Source: Bugula neritina (taxonomy: Eukaryota; Animalia; Bryozoa). From it: a DNA stretch of 64,000 nt. The stretch covers positions 744,001-808,000 of the forward strand of contig CAXIUT010000230.1 in the NCBI GenBank assembly GCA_964035545.1, written 5' to 3'. Both the position numbers and the translations under genes were made by a program. Numbering within the stretch: position 1 is the stretch's first letter; every line of letters begins with the position of its first letter. The notes below the pieces were generated by a model. The model searched no databases. It was given only the letters and a program-made list of their open reading frames with translations, and was not told the origin of the DNA. Shown one piece after another: positions 31,201-48,700 of this stretch.

Positions 31201-34200
31201 TGAAATATGCTGTAGCATACTGAAAGACACTAAAACTCACTGCAGTATAGTGTAATAAACGGAAATGTACTGCAACATGCCGAAATATACTGCAACATAC
31301 TGAAATACACCGGAACATTATGATATGCACTGCAACACATTGAAATATACTGCAACACACTGAAACATAAGGCAAAATACTGAAATATACTGTAGCATAC
31401 TGAATTACACTTGAACATAATGAAATACACTGCAACACATTGAAATATACTGCAACATATCGAAATGAATGGTAAACTAGTGTAATATACTGTAACATAA
31501 TGACACATACCGGAACATACTGCAACGTATTAAAGCACAGTGTAACACACTGAAATATACGGCAACATACCGAAATATACTGCAACACGTTCAAAAATAC
31601 TGCAACATACTGAAATATACTGCAACATATTGAACTACACTGCTACACTCTGAAATATACTGCAACACACTGAAACATACGGCAACATACTGAAATAAAC
31701 TGCGACACGTTGAAAATTACTGCAACATACTGAAATATACTGCGACGCCTTAAAATATTCTGCAACATACTGAAATAGACTGCGACACCTTGAAAAACAC
31801 TGCAACATACGAAATATACTGCAAGTGGTGCAACATACTGAAATACAATGTGACACACTGAAATACATTGCAACATACTGCAACATACTGCAACATACTG
31901 AAATATTGTGCGACACATTGAAATATACTGCAACATATTGAAATATACTGTAACATACTGCAACGTACTAAAATACACTGCAGCATACTGGAATACATTG
32001 CAACACATTAAAATATACTGCGACATACTGAAACATACTGCAACATACTGAAATACACTATAACATATTGAAATATACTGCAACATACTGAATTACACTC
32101 TAAGATGCTGAAATATGCTGTAGCATACTGAAATACACTGCAACACACTGAAGTGTACTGAAATACACTGCAACATACTGCAAGATACCGCAACCTACTG
32201 AAATACACTGTAACATATTGAAATACACTGCATCATACTGCAACATACTGAATTACACTGGAACATATTGATATAGACTGCAACACATTGAAATATAATG
32301 CAACACACTGAAACATACGGCAATATACCGAAATATACTGCGACACCTTGAAAAATACTGCAACATACGAAATATACTGCAATTGGTGCAACATACTGAA
32401 GTACAATGTGACACACTGGAATACACTGCAACATACTGCAACATACTGCAACATACTGAAATACACTGTAACATATTGAAATACACTGCATCATACTGCA
32501 ACATACTGAAAAACACTGGAACATATTGATATACACTGCAACTCATTGAAATATACTGCAACACACTGCAACATACGGCAGCATACCGAAATATACTGCG
32601 ACACCTTGAAAAATACTGCAACATACTGAAATATACTGCAAGTGGTGCAACATACTGAAATACACTGTGACATACTGAAACACACTGCAACATACTGCAA
32701 GATATTGCAACGTACGGAAATACAGTGTAACTTATTGAATTACACTGCATCATACTGCAACATACTGAGATACACTGAAACATATTGATATACACTGCAA
32801 CACATTGAAATATACTGCAACACACTGAACCATATGGCAACATACAGAAATTTACTGCGACACACTAAAAAATACTGCAACATACGAATTATACTTCAAG
32901 TGGTGCAACATACTGAAATACATTGTGACACACTGAAATACACTGCAACATACTGCAACATACTGCAACATACTGAATTATTGTGCTACACATTGAAATA
33001 TACTGCAACATATTGAAATATACCGTAACATACTGCAACATACTAAAATAGACTGCAACATACTGAAATACATTGCAACACATTAAAATATACTGCGACA
33101 TACCGAAACATACTGCAACATGCTGAAATATACTGCAACATACTGAAATACACTATAACATATTGAAATATACTGCAACATACTGAATTACACTCTAACA
33201 TACTGAAATATGCTGTAGCATACTGAAATACACTGCAACACACTGAAGTATACTATAATACACTGAAATGTGATGCAACATACTGAATTATACTGCAACA
33301 TAGTGCAACATACTCAAATGCACTACAACAAACTGCAACATACTGAAATACACTGGAACATATTGAAATACACTGCGACACATTGAAACATACTGCAACA
33401 TACTGAAATACACTGTGACACATTGAAATACACTGCAACATACTGCAACATACTGCAACATACTGAAATACATTGCAACACATTAAAATATACTGCAACA
33501 TACTGAAACATACTGCAACATACTGAAATATACTGCAACACACTGAAACATACGGCAACATACCGAAATAAACTGCGACGCTTTGAAAATTACTGCAACA
33601 TACTGAAATATACTGCGACGCCTTAAAATATACTGCAACATACTGAAATAGACTGCAAGTGGTGCAACATAGTGAAATACACTGTGACACATTGAAATAC
33701 ACTGCAACATACTGCAACATACTGCAACATACTGCAACATACTGAAATGCATTGCAACACATTAAAATATACTGCAACATACTGCAACATACTGAAATAC
33801 ACTGCAACACACTGAAGTATACTGTAATACACTGAAATGTAATGCAACATACTGAATTATACTGCAAAATAGTGCAACATACTGAAATACACTGTGACAC
33901 ACTGAAATACACTGAAACATAATGCAACATACTGCAACATACTGAAATACACTGTAACATATCGGAATACACTGCAACATACTGCAACATACTGCAACAT
34001 ACTGAAATACAGCGTAACATATCGAAATACACTGCAACATACTGCAACATACTGAAATGCACCGGAACATAATGGAATACTCTGCAACACATTGAAATAT
34101 ACTGCAACAGACTGAAACATAAGGTAACGCAATGAAGTATACTGCGACACATTAAAATATACTGCAACATACTGAAGTATACTGCAACATACTGAAATGT

Positions 34201-35345
34201 AATGTAATATACAGAAATGTACTGTAACATACTGAAATATACTGTAACAGACTGAAATATACTCTAACATACCGAAATACACTGTAACATACTGAAATAT
34301 ACTGCAACATACTGCAACATACTGAATTACACTTGAACATGATGAGATACACTGCAACACATTGAAATATACTGCAACATATCAAAATGAATGGTAAACT
34401 AGTGTTATATACTGTAACATAATGAAACATACCGGAACATACTGCAACGTATTAAAGCATAGTGTAACACACTGAAATATACGGCAACATACCGAAATAT
34501 ACTGCAACACGTTGAAAAATACTGCAACATACTGAAATATACTGCAAGTGGTGCAACATACTGAAATACACTGTGACACACTGAGATACACTGCAACATA
34601 CTGCAACATACTGCAACATGCTGAAATATACTGCGACATATTGAACTACACTGCTACACTCTGAAATATACTGCAACATATCGAAATGAATGGTAAACTA
34701 GTGTTATATACTGTAACATAATGAAACATACCGGAACATACTGCAACGTATTAAAGCATAGTGTAACACACTGAAATATACGGCAACATACCGAAATATA
34801 CTGCAACACGTTGAAAAATACTGCAACATACTGAAATATACTGCAAGTGGTGCAACATACTGAAATACACTGTGACACACTGAGATACACTGCAACATAC
34901 TGCAACATACTGCAACATGCTGAAATATACTGCGACATATTGAACTACACTGCTACACTCTGAAATACACTGCAACACACTGAAACATACGGCAACATAC
35001 TGAAATAAACTGCGACACCTTGAAAAATACTGCAACATACGAAATATACTGCAATTGGTGCAACATACTGAAGTACAATGTGACACACTGGAATACACTG
35101 CAACATACTGCAACATACTGCAACATACTGAAATACACTGTAACATATTGAAATACACTGCATCATACTGCAACATACTGAAAAATACTGGAACATATTG
35201 ATATACACTGCAACTCATTGAAATATACTGCAACACACTGCAACATACGGCAGCATACCGAAATATACTGCGACACCTTGAAAAATACTGCAACATACTG
35301 AAATATACTGCAAGTGGTGCAACATACTGAAATACACTGTGACAT
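23383..35345. repeat. Near-perfect tandem duplication, period 5962 bp
   Basis: ORFs starting from 23523 to 29201 recur at +5962 (e.g. 24609/30571, 26872/32834, 27291/33253); only about 4 substitutions noticed. Confidence 0.9.
28401..28998. repeat. 299-bp tandem duplication nested in the 5962-bp unit (second instance 34363-34960)
   Basis: Identical ORFs at 28443/28742 and 34405/34704. Confidence 0.85.
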
Positions 35346-36739
35346 ACTGAAACACACTGCAACATACTGCAAGATATTGCAACGTACGGAAATACAGTGT
35401 AACTTATTGAATTACACTGCATCATACTGCAACATACTGAGATACACTGAAACATATTGATATACACTGCAACACATTGAAATATACTGCAACACACTAA
35501 ACCATATGGCAACATACAGAAATTTACTGCGACACACTAAAAAATACTGCAACATACGAATTATACTTCAAGTGGTGCAACTTACTGAAATACATTGTGA
35601 CACACTGAAATACACTGCAACATACTGCAACATACTGCAACATACTGAATTATTGTGCTACACATTGAAATATACTGCAACATATTGAAATATACCGTAA
35701 CATACTGCAACATACTAAAATAGACTGCAACATACTGAAATACATTGCAACACATTAAAATATACTGCGACATACTGAAACATACTGCAACATGCTGAAA
35801 TATACTGCAACATACTGAAATACACTATAACATATTGAAATATACTGCAACATACTGAATTACACTCTAACATACTGAAATATGCTGTAGCATACTGAAA
35901 TACACTGCAACACACTGAAGTATACTATAATACACTGAAATGTGATGCAACATACTGAATTATACTGCAACATAGTGCAACATACTCAAATGCACTACAA
36001 CAAACTGCAACATACTGAAATACACTGGAACATATTGAAATACACTGCGACACATTGAAACATACTGCAACATACTGAAATACACTGTGACACATTGAAA
36101 TACACTGCAACATACTGCAACATACTGCAACATACTGAAATACATTGCAACACATTAAAATATACTGCAACATACTGAAACATACTGCAACATACTGAAA
36201 TATACTGCAACACACTGAAACATACGGCAACATACCGAAATAAACTGCGACACGTTGAAAATTACTGCAACGTACTGAAATATACTGCGACGCCTTAAAA
36301 TATACTGCAACATACTGAAATAGACTGCAAGTGGTGCAACATAGTGAAATACACTGTGACACACTGAAATACACTGCAACATACTGCAACATTCTGAAAT
36401 ATTGTGCGACACAAGAAAATATACTGCAACATATTGAAATATACTGTAACATACTGCAACATACTAAAATACACTGCAACACATTAAAATATACTGCAAC
36501 ATACTGAAACATACTGCAACATACTGAAATACACTGTGACACACCGAAATACACTACAACATACTGCAACATACTAAAATACACTGGAACATACTGCAAC
36601 ATACTGAATTACACTGGAACTTATAGATATACACTGCAACACATTGAAATATACTGCAACACACTGAACCATATGGCAACATACCGAAATTTACTGCGAC
36701 ACACTAAAAAATACTGCAACATACGAATTATACTTCAAG

Positions 36740-39700
36740 TGGTGCAACATACTGAAATACATTGTGACACACTGAAATACACTGCAACATACTGCAACAT
36801 ACTGCAACATACTGAATTATTGTGCGACACATTGAAATATACTGCAACATGTTGAAATATACCGCAACATACTGCAACATACTAAAATAGACTGCAACAT
36901 ACTGAAATACATTGCAACACATTAAAATATACTGCGACATACTGAAACATACTGCAACATGCTGAAATATACTGCAACATAGTGAAATACACTATAACAT
37001 ATTGAAATATACTGCAACATACTGAATTACACTCTAACATACTGAAATATGCTGTGGCATACTGAAATAAACTGCAACACACTGAAGTATACTGTAATAC
37101 ACTGAAATGTGATGCAACATACTGAATTATACTGCAACATAGTGCAACATACTCAAATACACTACAACAAACTGCAACATACTGAAATACACTGGAACAT
37201 ATTGAAATACACTGCGACACATTGAAACATACTGCAACATACTGAAATACACTGTGACACATTGAAATACACTGCAACATACTGCAACATACTGCAACAT
37301 ACTGAAATACATTGCAACACATTAAAATATACTGCAACATACTGAAACATACTGCAACATACTGAAATACTATGCAACACACTGAAGTATACTGTAATAC
37401 ACTGAAATGTAATGCAACATACTGAATTATACTGCAAAATAGTGCAACATACTGAAATACACTGTGACACACTGAAATACACTGAAACATAATGCAACAT
37501 ACTGCAACATACTGAAATACACTGTAACATATCGGAATACACTGCAACATACTGCAACATACTGCAACATACTGAAATACACCGTAACATATCGAAATAC
37601 ACTGCAACATACTGCAACATACCGAAATGCACCGGAACATATTGGAATACCCTGCAACACATTGAAATATACTGCAACTGACTGAAACATAAGGTAACGC
37701 AATGAAGTATACTGCGACACATTAAAATATACTGCAACATACTGAAATATACTGCAACATACTGAAATGTAATGTAATATACAGAAATGAACTGTAACAT
37801 ACTGAAATATACTGTAACAGACTGAAATATACTCTAACATACCGAAATACACTGTAACATACTGAAATATACTGCAACATACTGCAACATACTGAATTAC
37901 ACTTGAACATAATGAAATACACTGCAACACATTGAAATATACTGCAACATATCGAAATGAATGGTAAACTAGTGTAATATACTGTAACAAAATGAAACAT
38001 ACCGGAACATACTGCAACGTATTAAAGCATAGTGTAACACACTGAAATATACGGCAACATACCGAAATATACTGCAACACGTTGAAAAATACTGCAACAT
38101 ACTGAAATATACTGCAAGTGGTGCAACATACTGAAATACACTGTGACACACTGAGATACACTGCAACATACTGCAACATACTGCAACATGCTGAAATATA
38201 CTGCGACATATTGAACTAAACTGCTACACTCTGAAATATACTGCAACACACTGAAACATACGGCAACATACTGAAATAAACTGCGACAGGTTGAAAATTA
38301 CTGCAACATACTGAAATATACTGCGACGCCTTAAAATATTCTGCAACATACTGAAATAGACTGCGACACCTTGAAAAATACTGCAACATACGAAATATAC
38401 TGCAAGTGGTGCAACATACTGAAATACAATGTGACACACTGAAATACACTGCAACATACTGCAACATACTGCAACATACTGCAACATACTGAAATATTGT
38501 GCGACACATTGAAATATACTGCAACATATTGAAATATACTGTAACATACTGCAACATACTGAAATACACTGCAACATACTGCAAGAAACTGCAACATACT
38601 GAAATACACTGTAACATATTGAAATACACTGCATAATACTGCAACATACTGAAATACACTGGAACATATTGATATACACTCCAACACGTTCAAATACACT
38701 GCAACACACTGGAACATACGGCAAAAAACCGAAGTATACTGCGACACCTTGAAAAATACTGCAACATACTGAATATACTGCAAGTGGTGCAACAAACTGA
38801 AATACACTGTGACACACTGAAATACCTTGCAACATACTGCAACATACTGCAACATACTGAAATATACTGCGACACATTAACATATACTGCAACATACTGA
38901 AATTTACTGGAAAATACTGCAACATACTAAAATACACTTGGACATAATGAAATACACTGCAACACATTGAAATATACTGCAACATATTGAAATGAATGGT
39001 AAACTAGTGTAATATACTGTAAAATAATGAAACATACCAGAATAACTGCAACACAACAAAATATAGTGCAACACATTGAAATATACGGCAATATACCGAA
39101 ATAAACTGCGACACGTTGAAAATTACTGCAACATTCTGAAATAAACTGCAAGTGGTGCAACATACTGAAATACAATGTGACACACTGGAATACACTGCAA
39201 CATACGGCAACATACTGCAACCTACTGAAATACACTGTAACATATTGAAATACACTGCATCATACTGCAACATACTGAATTGCACTGGAACATATTGATA
39301 TACACTGCAACACATTGAAATATAATGCAACACACTGAAACATACGGCAATATACCGAAATATACTGCGACACCTTGAAAAATACTGCAACATACGAAAT
39401 ATACTGCAAGTGGTGCAACATACTGAAATACAATGTGACACACTGGAATACACTGCAACATACTGCAAGATATTGCAACGTACGGAAATACAGTGTAACT
39501 TATTGAATTACACTGCATCATACTGCAACATACTGAGATACACTGGAACATATTGATTTACACTGCAACACATTGAAATATACTGCAACACACTGAACCA
39601 TATGGCAACATACCGAAATTTACTGCGACACACTAAAAAATACTGCAACATACGAATTATACTTCAAGTGGTGCAACATACTGAAATACATTGTGACACA

Positions 39701-42700
39701 CTGAAATACACTGCAACATACTGCAACATACTGCAACATACTGAATTATTGTGCAACACATTGAAATATACTGCAACATATTGAAATATACCGCAACATA
39801 CTGCAACATACTAAAATAGACTGCAACATACTGAAATACATTGCAACACATTAAAATATACTGCGACATACTGAAACATACTGCAACATGCTGAAATATA
39901 CTGCAACATAGTGAAATACACTATAACATATTGAAATATACTGCAACATACTGAATTACACTCTAACATACTGAAATATGCTGTAGCATACTGAAATAAA
40001 CTGCAACACACTGAAGTATACTGTAATACACTGAAATGTGATGCAACATACTGAATTATACTGCAACATAGTGCAACATACTCAAATACACTACAACAAT
40101 CTGCAACATACTGAAATACACTGGAACATATTGAAATACACTGCGACACATTGAAACATACTGCAACATACTGAAATACACTGTGACACATTGAAATACA
40201 CTGCAACATACTGCAACATACTGCAACATACTGAAATGCATTGCAACACATTAAAATATACTGCAACATACTGAAACATACTGCAACATACTGAAATACA
40301 CTGCAACACACTGAAGTATACTGTAATACACTGAAATGTAATGCAACATACTGAATTATACTGCAAAATAGTGCAACATACTGAAATACACTGTGACACA
40401 CTGAAATACACTGAAACATAATGCAACATACTGCAACATACTGAAATACACTGTAACATATCGGAATACACTGCAACATACTGCAACATACTGCAACATA
40501 CTGCAACATACTGAAATACACCGTAACATATCGAAATACACTGCAACATACTGCAACATACCGAAATTGCACCGGAACATAATGGAATGCTCTGCAACAC
40601 ATTGAAATATACTGCAACAGACTGAAACATAAGGTAACGCAATGAAGTATACTGCGACACATTAAAATATACTGCAACATACTGAAATATACTGCAACAT
40701 ACTGAAATGTAATGTAATATACAGAAATGTACTGTAACATACTGAAATATACTGTAACAGACTGAAATATACTCTAACATACCGAAATACACTGTAACAT
40801 ACTGAAATATACTGCAACATACTGCAACATACTGAATTACACTTGAACATGATGAAATACACTGCAACACATTGAAATATACTGCAACATATCGAAATGA
40901 ATGGTAAACTAGTGTTATATACTGTAACATAATGAAACATACCGGAACATACTGCAACGTATTAAAGCATAGTGTAACACACTGAAATATACGGCAACAT
41001 ACCGAAATATACTGCAACACGTTGAAAAATACTGCAACATACTGAAATATACTGCAAGTGGTGCAACATACTGAAATACACTGTGACACACTGAGATACA
41101 CTGCAACATACTGCAACATACTGCAACATGCTGAAATATACTGCGACATATTGAACTACACTGCTACACTCTGAAATATACTGCAACACACTGAAACATA
41201 CGGCAACATACTGAAATAAACTGCGACAGGTTGAAAATTACTGCAACATACTGAAATATACTGCGACGCCTTAAAATATTCTGCAACATACTGAAATAGA
41301 CTGCGACACCTTGAAAAATACTGCAACATACGAAATATACTGCAAGTGGTGCAACATACTGAAATACAATGTGGCACACTGAAATACACTGCAACATACT
41401 GCAACATACTGCAACATACTGAAATATTGTGCGACACATTGAAATATACTGCAACATATTGAAATATACTGTAACATACTGCAACATACTGAAATACACT
41501 GCAACATACTGCAACATACTGCAACATACTGAAATATTGTGCGACACATTGAAACATACTGCAACGTATTGAAATATACTGTAACATACTGCAACATACT
41601 GAAATACACTGCAACATACTGAAGTACATTGCAACACATTAAAATATACTGCGACATACTGAAACATACTGCAACATGCTGAAATATACTGCAACATACT
41701 GCAACATACTGCAACATACTGAATTATTGTGCGACACATTGAAATATACTGCAACATATTGAAATATACCGCAACATACTGCAACATACTAAAATAGACT
41801 GCAACATACTGAAATACATTGCAACACATTAAAATATACTGCGACATACTGAAACATACTGCAACATGCTGAAATATACTGCAACATAGTGAAATACACT
41901 ATAACATATTGAAATATACTGCAACATACTGAATTACACTCTAACATACTGAAATATGCTGTAGCATACTGAAATAAACTGCAACACACTGAAGTATACT
42001 GTAATACACTGAAATGTGATGCAACATACTGAATTATACTGCAACATAGTGCAACATACTCAAATACACTACAACAATCAGCAACATACTGAAATACACT
42101 GGAACATATTGAAATACACTGCGACACATTGAAACATACTGCAACATACTGAAATACACTGTGACACATTGAAATACACTGCAACATACTGCAACATACT
42201 GCAACATACTGAAATGCATTGCAACACATTAAAATATACTGCAACATACTGAAACATACTGCAACATACTGAAATACACTGCAACACACTGAAGTATACT
42301 GTAATACACTGAAATGTAATGCAACATACTGAATTATACTGCAAAACAGTGCAACATACTGAAATACACTGTGACACACTGAAATACACTGAAACATAAT
42401 GCAACATACTGCAACATACTGAAATACACTGTAACATATCGGAATACACTGCAACATACTGCAACATACTGCAACATACTGCAACATACTGAAATACACC
42501 GTAACATATCGAAATACACTGCAACATACTGCAACATACTGAAATTGCACCGGAACATAATGGAATACTCTGCAACACATTGAAATATACTGCAACAGAC
42601 TGAAACATAAGGTAACGCAATGAAGTATACTGCGACACATTAAAATATACTGCAACATACTGAAATATACTGCAACATACTGAAATGTAATGTAATATAC

Positions 42701-45700
42701 AGAAATGTACTGTAACATACTGAAATATACTGTAACAGACTGAAATATACTCTAACATACCGAAATACACTGTAACATACTGAAATATACTGCAACATAC
42801 TGCAACATACTGAATTACACTTGAACATGATGAAATACACTGCAACACATTGAAATATACTGCAACATATCGAAATGAATGGTAAACTAGTGTTATATAC
42901 TGTAACATAATGAAACATACCGGAACATACTGCAACGTATTAAAGCATAGTGTAACACACTGAAATATACGGCAACATACCGAAATATACTGCAACACGT
43001 TGAAAAATACTGCAACATACTGAAATATACTGCAAGTGGTGCAACATACTGAAATACACTGTGACACACTGAGATACACTGCAACATACTGCAACATACT
43101 GCAACATGCTGAAATATACTGCGACATATTGAACTACACTGCTACACTCTGAAATATACTGCAACACACTGAAACATACGGCAACATACTGAAATAAACT
43201 GCGACAGGTTGAAAATTACTGCAACATACTGAAATATACTGCGACGCCTTAAAATATTCTGCAACATACTGAAATAGACTGCGACACCTTGAAAAATACT
43301 GCAACATACGAAATATACTGCAAGTGGTGCAACATACTGAAATACAATGTGACACACTGAAATACACTGCAACATACTGCAACATACTGCAACATACTGA
43401 AATATTGTGCGACACATTGAAATATACTGCAACATATTGAAATATACTGTAACATACTGCAACATACTGAAATACACTGCAACATACTGCAAGAAACTGC
43501 AACATACTGAAATACACTGTAACATATTGAAATACACTGCATCATACTGCAATATACTGACATACACTGGAACATAATGATATACACTGCAACACATTGA
43601 AATATACTGCAACACACGGAACCATTCGGCAATATACCGAAATATACTGCGACACAGTGAAAAATACGGCAACATACTGAAATATACTGCAAATGATGCA
43701 CATACTGAAATACAATGTGACACACTGAAATACACTGCAACATACTGCAACAAACTGCAACATACTGAAATACACTTTAACATATTGAAATACACTGCAT
43801 AATACTGCAACATACTGAAATACACTGGAACATATTGATATACACTCCAACACGTTCAAATACACTGCAACACACTGGAACATACGGCAAAAAAACCGAA
43901 GTATACTGCGACACCTTGAAAAATACTGCAACATACTGAATATACTGCAAGTGGTGCAACAAACTGAAATACACTGTGACACACTGAAATACCTTGCAAC
44001 ATACTGCAACATACTGCAACATACTGAAATATACTGCGACACATTAACATATACTGCAACATACTGAAATATACTGGAAAATACTACAACATACTAAAAT
44101 ACACTTGAACATAATGAAATACACTGCAACACATTGAAATATACTGCAACATATCGAAATGAATGGTAAACTAGTGTAATATACTGTAAAATAATGAAAC
44201 ATACCGGAATAACTGCAACATAACGAAATATAGTGCAACACATTGAAATATACGGCAACATACCGAAATAAACTGCGACACGTTGAAAATTACTGCAACA
44301 TTCTGAAATAAACTGCAAGTGGTGCAACATACTGAAATACACTGTGACACACTGAAATACACTGAAACATAATGCAACATACTGCAACATACTGAAATAC
44401 ACTGTAACATATCGAAATACACTGCAACATACTGCAACATACTGCAACATACTAAAATACACTGCAACATACTGAAATACATTGCAACACATTAAAAAAT
44501 ACTGCGACATACTGAAACATACTGCAACATGCTGAAATATACTGCAACATACTGAAATACACTATGACATATTGAAATATACTGCAACATACTGAATTAC
44601 ACTCCAACATACTGAAATATGCTGTAGCATACTGAAATACACTGCAACACACTGAAGTATACTGCAATACACTGAAATGTAATGCAACATACTGAATTAT
44701 ACTGCAACATAGTACAACATACTGAAATACACTACAATGTACTGCAACATACTGAAATACACTGGAACATATTGAAATACACTGCGACACATTGAAACAT
44801 ACTGCAACATACTGAAATATACTGCAAGATACTGCAACATACTGAAACAGACTGTGACATACTGAAATACACTGCAACATACTGCAAGATACCGCAACCT
44901 ACTGAAATACACTGTAACATATTGAAATACACTGCATCATACTGCAACATACTGAATTGCACTGGAACATATTGATATACACTGCAACACATTGAAATAT
45001 AATGCAACACACTGAAACATACGGCAATATACCGAAATATACTGCGACACCTTGAAAAATACTGCAACATACGAAATATACTGCAAGTGGTGCAACATAC
45101 TGAAATACAATGTGACACACTGGAATACACTGCAACATACTGCAACATACTGCAACATACTGAAATACACTGTAACATATTGAAATACACTGCATCATAC
45201 TGCAACATACTGAAAAACACTGGTACATATTGATATACACTGCAACTCATTGAAATATACTGCAACACACTGCAACATACGGCAGCATACCGAAATATAC
45301 TGCGACACCTTGAAAAATACTGCAACATACTGAAATATACTGCAAGTGGTGCAACATACTGAAATACACTGTGACATACTGAAATACACTGCAACATACT
45401 GCAAGATATTGCAACGTACGGAAATACAGTGTAACTTATTGAATTACACTGCATCATACTGCAACATACTGAGATACACTGGAACATATTGATTTACACT
45501 GCAACACATTGAAATATACTGCAACACACTGAACCATATGGCAACATACCGAAATTTACTGCGACACACTAAAAAATACTGCAACATACGAATTATACTT
45601 CAAGTGGTGCAACATACTGAAATACATTGTGACACACTGAAATACACTGCAACATACTGCAACATACTGCAACATACTGAATTATTGTGCGACACATTGA

Positions 45701-48700
45701 AATATACTGCAACATATTGAAATATACCGCAACATACTGCAACATACTAAAATAGACTGCAACATACTGAAATACATTGCAACACATTAAAATATACTGC
45801 GACATACTGAAACATACTGCAACATGCTGAAAGATACTGCAACATAGTGAAATACACTATAACATATTGAAATATACTGCAACATACTGAATTACACTCT
45901 AACAAACTGAAATATGCTGTAGCATACTGAAATAAACTGCAACACACTGAAGTATACTGTAATACACTGAAATGTGATGCAACATACTGAATTATACTGC
46001 AACATAGTGCAACATACTCAAATACACTACAACAATCTGCAACATACTGAAATACACTGGAACATATTGAAACACACTGCGACACATTGAAACATACTGC
46101 AACATACTGAAATGCATTGCAACACATTAAAATATACTGCAACATACTGAAACATACTGCAACATACTGAAATACACTGCAACACACTGAAGTATACTGT
46201 AATACACTGAAATGTAATGCAACATACTGAATTATACTGCAAAATAGTGCAACATACTGAAATACACTGTGACACACTGAAATACACTGAAACATAATGC
46301 AACATACTGCAACATACTGAAATACACTGTAACATATCGGAATACACTGCAACATACTGCAACATACTGCAACATACTGCAACATACTGAAATACACCGT
46401 AACATATCGAAATACACTGCAACATACTGCAACATACTGAAATTGCACCGGAACATAATGGAATGCTCTGCAACACATTGAAATATACTGCAACAGACTG
46501 AAACATAAGGTAACGCAATGAAGTATACTGCGACACATTAAAATATACTGCAACATACTGAAATATACTGCAACATACTGAAATGTAATGTAATATACAG
46601 AAATGTACTGTAACATACTGAAATATACTGTAACAGACTGAAATATACTCTAACATACCGAAATACACTGTAACATACTGAAATATACTGCAACATACTG
46701 CAACATACTGAATTACACTTGAACATGATGAAATACACTGCAACACATTGAAATATACTGCAACATATCGAAATGAATGGTAAACTAGTGTTATATACTG
46801 TAACATAATGAAACATACCGGAACATACTGCAACGTATTAAAGCATAGTGTAACACACTGAAATATACGGTAACATACCGAAATATACTGCAACACGTTG
46901 AAAAATACTGCAACATACTGAAATATACTGCAAGTGGTGCAACATACTGAAATACACTGTGACACACTGAGATACACTGCAACATACTGCAACATACTGC
47001 AACATGCTGAAATATACTGCGACATATTGAACTACACTGCTACACTCTGAAATATACTGCAACACACTGAAACATACGGCAACATACTGAAATAAACTGC
47101 GACAGGTTGAAAATTACTGCAACATACTGAAATATACTGCGACGCCTTAAAATATTCTGCAACATACTGAAATAGACTGCGACACCTTGAAAAATACTGC
47201 AACATACGAAATATACTGCAAGTGGTGCAACATACTGAAATACAATGTGACACACTGAAATACACTGCAACATACTGCAACATACTGCAACATACTGAAA
47301 TATTGTGCGACACATTGAAATATACTGCAACATATTGAAATATACTGTAACATACTGCAACATACTGAAATACACTGCAACATACTGCAACATACTGCAA
47401 CATACTGCAACATACTGAAATATTGTGCGACACATTGAAATATACTGCAACATATTGAAATATACTGTAACATACTGCAACATACTGAAATACACTGCAA
47501 CATACTGCAACAAACTGCAACATACTGAAATACACTGTAACATATTGAAATACACTGCATAATACTGCAACATACTGAAATACACTGGAACATATTGATA
47601 TACACTCCAACACGTTCAAATACACTGCAACACACTGGAACATACGGCAAAAAACCGAAGTATACTGCGACACCTTGAAAAATACTGCAACATACTGAAT
47701 ATACTGCAAGTGGTGCAACAAACTGAAATACACTGTGACACACTGAAATACCTTGCAACATACTGCAACATACTGCAACATACTGAAATATACTGCGACA
47801 CATTAACATATACTGCAACATACTGAAATTTACTGGAAAATACTGCAACATACTAAAATACACTTGAACATAATGAAATACACTGCAACACATTGAAATA
47901 TACTGCAACATATCGAAATGAATGGTAAACTAGTGTAATATACTGTAAAATAATGAAACATACCAGAATAACTGCAACACAACGAAATATAGTGCAACAC
48001 ATTGAAATATACGGCAATATACCGAAATAAACTGCGACACGTTGAAAATTACTGCAACATTCTGAAATAAACTGCAAGTGGTGCAACATACTGAAATACA
48101 ATGTGACACACTGGAATACACTGCAACATACGGCAACATACTGCAACATACTGAAATACACTGTAACATATTGAAATACACTGCATCATACTGCAACATA
48201 CTGAAAAACACTGGAACATATTGATATACACTGTGACACACTGAAATACACTGAAACATAATGCAACATACTGCAACATACTGAAATACACTGTAACATA
48301 TCGAAATACACTGCAACATACTGCAACATACTGCAACATACTAAAATACACTGCAACATACTGAAATACATTGCAACACATTAAAAAATACTGCGACATA
48401 CTGAAACATACTGCAACATGCTGAAATACACTATAACATATTGAAATATACTGCAACATACTGAATTACACTCCAACATACTGAAATATGCTGTAGCATA
48501 CTGAAATACACTGCAACACACTGAAGTATACTGCAATACACTGAAATGTAATGCAACATACTGAATTATACTGCAACATAGTACAACATACTGAAATACA
48601 CTACAATGTACTGCAACATACTGAAATACACTGGAACATATTGAAATACACTGCGACACATTGAAACATACTGCAACATACTGAAATATACTGCAAGATA

